Shown in pieces: positions 54,794 to 64,000 of a DNA stretch of 64,000 nucleotides; the first letter of the stretch is position 1, and each line of letters opens with the position of its first letter. The notes under the pieces were generated by a model. The model was not told where the DNA came from, ran no database searches, and saw nothing but the letters and a program-made list of their open reading frames with translations. The stretch is from Octopus sinensis. Taxonomy: Eukaryota. Made by a program: the position numbers and the translations under genes. Location of the stretch: contig NC_043015.1 of NCBI RefSeq assembly GCF_006345805.1, positions 9,362,001-9,426,000 of the forward strand, given 5' to 3'.

Positions 54794-54831
<38 letters not shown>

Positions 54832-55040
54832 ATGTATATATATATGTAAATATATATATATATATATATATAATGTATATATGTTATATATGTATATTAA
54901 TTTATACATTATATATATATGCACATATATATTTATATATATGTATGTATAATGCTACATATATATATATATATATATATATATAGTATAATATATATGT
55001 ATGCAAAATTACTAGTAAGTGTATATATATATATATATAT
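54310..55040. repeat. ~730 bp imperfect (TA)n microsatellite (other large tracts at 47970-48170, 50150-50470, 52490-52700, 56060-56340)
   Basis: Direct reading; source of the YI-repeat ORFs. Confidence 0.97.
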
Positions 55041-55515
55041 GAATATATTCACATGCATCCACCCACTTATCTGTGTCTGAGTATGTATGTCTATGTATAA
55101 TTGTGCGTGTTGAGAACGATACTTACACAAAAACAGTGTATATGGGTGATATGTGTGCGCACAAAATCCTGTGTGTGCCATTGTGTATGTGTTTTTACTT
55201 ACAAACACATCTCAAGGTTCATAAACTAGTTGTCGAAATGTTTTGATTCTCAACTAAAGTGTGGTAGGTTTTGACGTCGAATGCGACATATCAATTCGGC
55301 CTTTTTCCAGTGTACCAGATGAAATTAAGTACCGTCTGAAGTATTTGCTCTCACTCCCAATATACACAGCCAGACAGACACATGAACACACACACGCCCT
55401 TACACACACACACACACACATACACACACACACACGCACATATATATATAATATATATATATAATATATATATATATATTATATATATATATATATATAT
55501 AATATATATATATAT

Positions 55516-55646
55516 ATACACGGGGTCTAAAAATGTATACGAGATGGAAAAAACTGGTTTTAAAGGTTAATTGTAGTTTTTTAATATATACAAAGGTAGA
55601 AAAAGGCGAAAAAAAAATGTCGGACAGTGCCTCAACCCTGTGTGTG
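55516..55646. mobile_element. Possible short Tc1-type MITE
   Basis: tacacggggtc... / ...aaccctgtgt ends within microsatellite. Confidence 0.3.
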
Positions 55647-55753
55647 TGTGCGCGGGCGTGTGTGCATATGTACAGATTTATGTGTATGAGTAGCACTGTC
55701 TGTAGCGAATACGGTTTCTATCCTTCGTCACAGCTCGCTTACAGCTTTTTAAG

Positions 55754-55785
<32 letters not shown>

Positions 55786-55939
55786 ATATATATATATTAT
55801 AAATCTGTGATAAGACTGTGCATCATCATTAAGGAACTTTCGAAAACTGTTTACAACCTATATCTGCCTCTAATGGATTATCTCCAATATTTCATGAGTA
55901 TAACCTCAACCACTAAGATGTCTGGAGAACTCATATGTA

Positions 55940-56030
55940 TTTTAGCTGATGAGTACGGGACACTTTTATCTGCTGCAATTTTTGCAACTTGTAATAAAGC
56001 CTGTCTTTGTATGAAACAATTGTACTAAAA
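55940..56030 (+). ncRNA. Type I hammerhead ribozyme motif with long stem II, predicted cleavage after GUA at 56024
   Basis: UUUUAG-CUGAUGA-GUAC..(gggac/gucuu, ugcaa/uugca)..GUAU-GAAAC-AAUU-GUA-CUAAAA; in a ~260 bp cassette (55797-56059) between (TA)n tracts. Confidence 0.85.
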
Positions 56031-56058
56031 ACCAATCCATTCTTGTTGCTTCTTTCTC

Positions 56059-56106
<48 letters not shown>

Positions 56107-56115
56107 CATATATAT

Positions 56116-56178
<63 letters not shown>

Positions 56179-56220
56179 ATATATTATATATATATATATA
56201 TATATACATACATATATATA

Positions 56221-56281
<61 letters not shown>

Positions 56282-56494
56282 CATACATATATATAACATA
56301 TATATATATATATATATCTATATATATATATATATATATGTAGGTCCCGGGTTGATTCGGGGTTAACCCAAAAAGTCCCCCCCACCACCCCTTTAAACCT
56401 GCCTAAATGTATAAATGCCAATACAATTCTTGTTAACTAGCATCCTGAAGATTTTTCTTGAATGAAACTGTTCTGGTCCTGTAGAAGCTCCTTC

Positions 56495-56556
<62 letters not shown>

Positions 56557-56989
56557 CATTAATCTGTGCGTGTAAAAGCGCTTGTCCGACATTCTATTTT
56601 CTATGTAAATTTCTAGATACATATACACTCGCTCAAATACGAACACACGTACACACACACACACACACACCACACACACACAGACACACACACAGACACA
56701 CACACAAGCACACACAAAAAACTTTCACATTCCTGACTTTTACTCGCCCACACATACTCACAAACAGTTGAAACGTTATCTGAGTTTTGATTCACCGTTG
56801 ACTTTTCATCCTCCCACTACCATCGGTTGATCACCATTTCTTTTCTCATTCATATGTCGGAGAAATGCACAAGGCTATTATTAAAGTACATTATTAGAGT
56901 ATAAGATACACGACGCTCTCTTTGCTACTTCCTCTGTATTCATTGGTTATGCTTTCTTTCACTCACTCTCAGTCATGATCTTTACTCTC

Positions 56990-57520
56990 ACTACTTCTCC
57001 CTCAGCGAAATACATTTTCCTCTCCTTCGCTTGACCATTCAACGTGCTTGATCTTGAACAGCACAAATTAGAGCCTCCTTCCCGGTTTTAAATCACTTTT
57101 AGTCATCCATAATAGTCTTTCCTCTCTGTCTGTCTGACCTTCAACATCCCTATGAATTTGTCCAAGCATTCTTGACTTTATTCACCTATTTTAAGTTTCA
57201 TTAATTCTCAGTTTCTTGTACAGCGCTTTATCTTTGAAATCTTCCATCCTACACAAGCCTGAACTTACTTCCAATAATAGCGGCATGAGGCATTTTTTTT
57301 ACATACCATATTATGTCATTTTCTTCTGCTCTCTTACTCTGTTCGCATTCGCATCCAGTCATTCCTTTTCCTCCATTGTACTTACGCTTCCAACACTTCT
57401 GGTCATGTGGCACGACTCCAGGTTTTCTAGATATCCGTACATTGAGTCTGCGACTATTTTAGTCAATAATTTCCACATAAGTGGCACGCAGGATATTTAT
57501 ACTTGTAAGGGTGCTTACAA
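56990..57520 (-). mobile_element. R4/Dong-like LINE remnant (different subfamily)
   Basis: Minus strand gives RKYNGGKGMTGCE, LGQIHRDVE, WMTKSDLK, EALICAVQDQA. Confidence 0.7.
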
Positions 57521-58169
57521 AGCAAGCCGGATTTATACCATAACACTGACTGATGTTAAACTATATCTGGGTGATGCGATTTCAGCCTAGTATTACATGT
57601 ATAGATTTCTGTTCCCGATGATGCGAATATACTCTGAATTCGAGTGATACAATATTCCTAAATACGGTGCTGAAGAAATTTGCTTGCCGATATCGTTTAT
57701 ACCTTTAATCAATATTCTTCTATACGAGATGATTTCTCAGGACGATATCTGCACATGCTTGTTAAGTCGGATGTGGAAACTAATGTATATATATTTGTGT
57801 ATAATGTTATTAGATAGTGAGATTTAATATATATTCTCTGTGTATTGCCTGCGTTCTGTGTTTGGTATAGAGTATACAGATTGCATTTGGCTATGCATGC
57901 AAATATTCAGTAGGCTAAATAATTAGGACTAATTTAATGTAAGACGCGTTAGGAACATCCATATGATAAATGCAATCAAAGCGGAAAATATTCTGATGAG
58001 GGTTGATATTTGAAGACGATCATTTACCAGACAAGATAATAAATAATCATAATGGTGGGATATGAGTAAACGACACCGAAACTCATGCATAAAAGAATTT
58101 TAGACAAAGGAAAACAGGGAATGGGAAAATAATCCTGTATAACTACGAAAACAAACAAAAATGAGAATG

Positions 58170-59480
58170 ATATTTTCTTGGAATCTTTTGTGTAGATCAC
58201 GAATATGACATCCGTTTCTTTCAGTGAGCCTCCGTCCTCTTGTAAATTATCAATTACTTATATTAAATGCACTGATGGATCCGTCGGAATTGAGTTCAAA
58301 CAGGATTGTGCCGAAACTTATAATTCTAAAATTTATCAATACATTTTGAGAAGATATTAAGGGTTTGTCCCTAAGGTATTTGCCAACCTCCTCTATCAAA
58401 ATTATAAAACTACCCTAAAAGTTTTGTTAGTTATATGGGTCCAAATCCGTGATAAATCTGATAAGAATCCACACCTCATCACCGAAACTGAACTCATTGA
58501 TATAGTTCGTGATTTACTACTTTCTAAGCAAGATCTGGCCTCACGTCTGTAACAATGGAACCTGATAGATAATGATGCTCGAATTGCAGCATTTAGGGAG
58601 GTTTATGCACATCTGCAACAATTCTTCCCTTTGGAAAACAACTTGACTTATTGTAATGATATCAGAGATCTGTTCGATGCCATTGAGCTGACCGAGGTGA
58701 CCTATGAAGCGAATGAGTGAAGTTTATTCATAGAAGCAACCATTTACTGCATAAAAATTGGTTCTAAAACTAGGCCTAATGAAGCAATTTTCCAAAGCAC
58801 TACAACATAACAAACCATGCTTTTAGTACCTCAAGGCGATCTTTTCTAAAATATGTGATTCCAAGATGAAAGAAGGCATATTCGTAGGCCCCTCAGATTC
58901 GGACATCGAAACGACAATGAAACTGAGCTAGCAGCCCGGCATGCATTCAAAGATGTATGCAAAAGACTTCCGGGAAAGTACCAAGTGGCCCAGCGAGAGA
59001 GGATAGAGAAGAGCCTAATGAGGTGCTACCAAATCTCGGATGCAATATATCACTGAAGATACATTTTCTTCATTATCATGTGTCCTTCTTCCCAGGGAAT
59101 GCAGGAGATATGATTGATGAATATGGAGAGAATTTCCACTAAGATATAGCGTCAATTGTAAACAGGTATAAGGGGAAATGGAGCCCAAATACGCTGGCTG
59201 ACTTCTGCGAGATCCTGGAGAAAGACACACCTGCGACGTCTTATAAACGAGGACATACCTACTAAACTGTAGGTCAACACGTAATATAATGCGAACAAAC
59301 AAGGCGATTCATAATATATTTAGGAATTAATTACAATAGACATATTCAATCTGACTTAGGGAACAAAAGAGATTTATGATGTCTTGGAAATTGGTATAAA
59401 TTGCATAGTTAATAAGTCGATACACTACAAGAAAATGTGACGTGAAGGGAAAGTTTTGCTCTAAAGTTTGTATGTAGCAC
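58170..59480 (+). mobile_element. Decayed DNA-transposon transposase-like remnant, superfamily not assigned
   Basis: FFPLENNLTYCNDI, EW/*SLFI, KIHFLHYHVSFFPGNAGDMIDEYGENFH*DIASIVNRYKGKWSPNTLADFC; I recognise the family but cannot name it reliably. Confidence 0.6.
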
Positions 59481-62239
59481 AATCAACTTCATTATAAAAT
59501 GTACATGAGAACTATGGTCTTTCTTCACTCTGAAATTTCCTGTACAGTGTAATTGTTGAAAAATTTGGACCAAAAGAAATAGCAGAAAGGGAATGAATAT
59601 ATGTATTTTAGATCATGGAATCGAAGTAAAATTAAATAAGTATTGGAGTATGAAACGGGAAAATAAAAGCTTTCTGAAAATAATGTAAATAAATCTAAGG
59701 CAAAAATTAGACGATAATGACACTGCTGTAAAGAAACTGAAAACAATAAGACCTGTTTATAACATGTTTACTTGAAATGGTTTTCTTCCTATTTCAAACA
59801 CAGAAGTGGTTAAACACCTAAAATAGTAGAATATTCAAAACATTATTTGCAAAAATGAAATTGCGGATCATTTCACTCTTAGTGTTATATTTATTCAGGA
59901 ATTTTGTTACGCACGCGATCTCACGAGTAAGTATTTCAATCATTGTTCGAATCAATATACCAACGGTCTGTTATAGTTTAACAACAAACTAAGTTAACAC
60001 ACTTCTTTTTCCTCATCATCACGTATTTTAACGTTATTGCAGTTTGTTATATTTTTCTTTTCTCCAAACATATCTCTTCTTTTCATTTATCTGATTTCAC
60101 TTTAATTTTAGTTTCAACAACAATTCATTTTCAGTCCAATTATGGATCGCTTGTCGTGTTTTCGGTATTTTTAATAAGTGTTCATATGTATTTAAAATTT
60201 ATGTTTTTGATTTCACGCATAGATATGGTTGATTAAAGTAGACAATTTTCCCTCTAAAATGTTTTCCAATTATTAATCTTAAATATTTTTCGTAGAGAAC
60301 TTTTGAAATATATTTCATCTTTATACCGATCTACTTCTTCGCTCGCTTTGTTTACCACTTTCTTTACCTAATAGTATATTTATATTCACCAGGTCTCACA
60401 ATTTCCCCCGAACAACATGAACTTCGCTGTTAATATTTGAATTTTCGAATTATTGTTCTCGATTTTAGAGTTTTGTCTTAATGAAATGGTGATAAGCAGC
60501 ACGCTCATTTCTTTCCAGCATCTATGCACTAGATTAATATACATTTTCTTATTGAAATACGTAAATGTGTATATGCCTTAAATGCCCCAATCATAAGCTA
60601 TCCTACATTTCTGAAACAAACTGAACATTTTTACTGGAATTGGTTATGGTAACATTGTTGTATTCTCTTTTAACAATAATAAAATTAAGCGTTATAAATC
60701 ATTGAAATCTATTCTTTCTTAAATAGTATACAACACAAGAAAACAAGAAATCTAAATTCGTGGATGACTACATCTACTTTCAAGATTCTTCAATTACTCA
60801 CTTGTTACTCTGAGAATTTTATCCTGCCTGAGGAAACTACATCCACTCTAGGAATTTCCCTTGGAATTTTACCACCTCTCGCGAACAAACAATTTGAAAC
60901 CGAATCAATAGTTTTACTACTGGATATTTATATTTCCTGCATTCTACTATCTTCTGTACATAGTTGTTGATTTAACCTTGAGTAATCTATATAAAATAAA
61001 GCCATCGTATTGCAATTGATGTTTTCAGACCAATCTTCCCAACAGGTTACCACCTTACTTATGTTAAGTTTCTGGTATTAGAAGATGGAATGACCATAAC
61101 GACAATATCATTGACTGAGTCTCATATATTTAGGAGTTGAATGTGGTTTTCAAATCTTTTTATATTCGTCACCATATAGAAAATATTAATGTTTACTTAT
61201 ATAAATATATTGATTATCATGTTTTGATCACTTTTTTTCTCTTCCAAATTACAGTCTAGCAAACAACCAGGCTCTGGAATTTACATGTGCGAACATTAAG
61301 GTGATAGATTTTGCGTATCGTCTGATTATCTGTTGCATGAAATGAAGGATTACAATTCGCGGTCTTGATGTTGGATGTTATTTACTATCCCAAATGTGCA
61401 GATCCTATAAAAATAGCAGTTCATGATGATCTCTTCTAGTCCACCTTGAGACGAATACTTGAATTAATATTCCAACATGTTTTCTGAATATATGTGGCAG
61501 AGCTTCAACGGAAATTCTGTAATAGGACATATTTTTATTCCAAATATTTCAATGACATTATTACGGCTGCACTCGTTTACACAGCTCTTCTGGAGTTTAC
61601 GTATAAATGATCTATATTAATTAAATCATAGGTGTCTTCGAGATTTTTATGTATGCGTCAGTTAAGAACGCATCAAATGGCTAGAAAAAAATATTTTAAT
61701 TTGGAGATGATATAGGATGTGCACATGTCCATCATAAAGCAAATGAAAATTTACGTTGATATCAAATGTTAAAGAACACCAATCGAATGGCGATTTGGAC
61801 ATATTTTTACCATGTATTATCCACTTGGTCATACATATTGTCCACGTAATAGTATGCATATGTGCTTTCTTTATGTCTAGAGAGATGAAACGCTATAACA
61901 ATTAAGTTATATATTTAGTAATAACAGCAACTGATGATCTGAATGAAATTCTGTAGCTGCCATTTGATACTAATATAATATTACCGCAGCTCATAGATTA
62001 ATGAATAGAAGGCGGTAAACGTTTTAATGAATGGACGGGTGATTCAAATTGGTTTGAACTTTGAGGTTATACTTAATGGTTATTACTTTCCAAAACATAA
62101 CATATAATGACAAGTATGATGATATCATTAAGAGTATAATGTATTGCAAGATATGTCTGACACCGCCTTCGTTCCTAAATGCCTATATTTAAAACCCTCG
62201 GCTATGAATCTCAGCAAACATCTTCTGCACTATCGATTA

Positions 62240-62950
62240 TGGGGTAAGAAACATTTACAAATTATGACGGTTGTAACAGCACTTTGAAAACGGTCGACTG
62301 CCTGTCACAGCTGACTAGACTGCAGAATACTGTAAGGAAGTAATGAAAAATTTGGAAGCTTAATATGCGATAAAATGTTTTGTGTAAAACTGGCAAAAAC
62401 ACTGCAAAAACGTTTCAAATGCATCCGACTGCAAATGAAGTTACTTGTAATAGTCGACGATATGTTTATCGCTAGCTCAAGCGTCCAGGAATGGCAAGTT
62501 TACTTGGAAGCTCCTGATGGCTAGGATTTCCAACAACAGGGGTATCATATATATCGACGCGGTCTAGAAAGAATACTTTGTGGAAATTTTGATGTAGTTC
62601 AGGAACACATTTCGTCAAAAAACGCCTAAGCACCAACACCAGGACAATTCTATTCACTTAACTGACTAATTAAATGACACGAGCGTCAAAACTGTTCCTC
62701 TCACGTAATGCAGTCCAGATTTTACTCCTTGTGAATTTTCTTTGTTCCCTGAGCAGATACAGAGGATTAATGAATCTGTTGCCAGAGTGCAGGACGACTT
62801 CATTTTCAAGGATTATCGTGCGTCCTTCATGAAGTGACTGGTACTCTACAACATGTATCACAGTAATCTTCTTTCTAGTAGATTTCACTTCAGTGTTTCT
62901 TTGAAATTTATAGAAATACTCAACGAAAAATACTTACGGAGTGCCCTGTA
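62240..62950. mobile_element. Rearranged mariner remnant (N-terminal piece on +, central piece on -)
   Basis: Plus 62340-62420 MKNLEA*YAIK/CVKL.K..TFQM; minus 62470-62890 SLHEGRTIILE, TKCVP, FFLDRV. Confidence 0.5.
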
Positions 62951-62988
62951 GATATACATACACTTTCACACATACATACATGCTTACA

Positions 62989-63027
<39 letters not shown>

Positions 63028-63033
63028 TTATAT

Positions 63034-64000
63034 ATAGGCTTGGCAACTAGGTTCCCGCAGTGTTTTTAAATGTTGAACTTTATAGCGTTTTTAAATTTTG
63101 GAATCTATTCTTTACAGCATTCTATTTTTGAATCAATTTGTAATCTATTTTGTTATTTTTCTTGTTAATTTTAGTTAATTTTTCTTCAATTTCGGCTCAT
63201 TAAAATGGAATGTCAAGTTAAGAAAAACGAGAATTTTCGGTACTTCCTCCTTTTTGCTTTTAATCAGAGTCCTAAGGTTGCAAAAGCTGCTCGCGACATT
63301 TATGCTGTGTATGGAGAGGGTGCTATAGCTAACAGAACCGCTCGTGGTCGGTATACCAAGTTCAAAAATTGAAATTTTGACCTCAAATACGCACCTCGTT
63401 CTGGCCGTCCAGTTGAGTTCGATGAATAGCGATTAAACTAATTTTGGACGAAAATTCACCTCAAAAGACATGAGAACAGGCAGAGGAAATGAAATGCTCC
63501 CACACTGCTATAGAGAAGCATCTTCACTCGATGGTAAAGGTTCAGACGTATGGAGCGTGGTTTCCTCATGCTTTATGTGGCAACAACAAAAATCAACAAG
63601 ACACAATCTCCACTGGTTTGCTTGCTCGTCACTGCTCAACTCATGGACACAGGCAACGATTTCTTTACCGAATCGATTTTGGCGACGAAAAATGGTGCCC
63701 CTACATCAATATGAAGCTGCATAAGAAATGACTTAGCCCCTGTAAACAAGCGTACCACGCGTGAAAAGAGATCTTCATACGCATAAAACGTATGGTGTGT
63801 TTATGGTGGGACTGGGAAAGGATTATCCATTCCGAATTGCTAGAACGGAGCCAAACGCTCAACGCGGAATTATATGCACAACACATGGAACGACTCAACA
63901 CGGCAATTCAAGTGAAAAGACCGATTTGGCAGAGGGAGTTCTTCTGCTGCACAATGCCCGCTCTCATTTCCCCAATATGACCAAAAAAGCCATTCTAACG
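63034..64000 (+). mobile_element. Decayed mariner transposon running off the window end
   Basis: TIR-like taggcttggcaactagg; ATG 63205 MECQVKKNENFRY..KAARDIYAVYGEG..PRSGRP; WFPHAL, FGDEKW, MVCLWWDWE, LHNARSH with stops and frameshifts. Confidence 0.9.

Noticed and set aside
54174-54986. YI-repeat ORFs here and at many other (TA)n tracts
   Set aside because: Dinucleotide repeats lack stops in some frames; artefacts
56440-56480. CUGAAGA...GAAAC...GUC motif
   Set aside because: No credible stem I or stem II

Overview
AT-rich eukaryotic non-coding DNA (intron or intergenic) with no intact gene. The SINE families and (TA)n/(AAT)n density suggest an Octopus-type cephalopod genome (inference from recognition of repeat families, no database search). 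Most ORFs in the track are microsatellite artefacts. The window holds tRNA-derived SINEs of about four families, decayed LINEs (R4/Dong-like x3, CR1-like, Tx1/L1-like), decayed DNA transposons (mariner x3, MULE-like, one unassigned), a Helitron/DINE-like element, MITEs and very long microsatellites. The most striking signal, not visible in the ORF track, is a set of minimal type I hammerhead ribozyme (HHR) motifs. Nine have an intact CUGANGA...GAAAC core (two inverted pairs, one tandem pair, three singletons; six unrelated sequence contexts), and there are three degenerate or partial ones. They lie in Penelope-like-element (PLE) type cassettes arranged as inverted or tandem repeats, nearly all bounded by (TA)n tracts. 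One 555-557 bp tandem with one HHR per unit resembles a retrozyme. One candidate minus-strand exon (11023-11135) has CUB-domain-like residue spacing. HHR folds were derived by eye and activity is untested.
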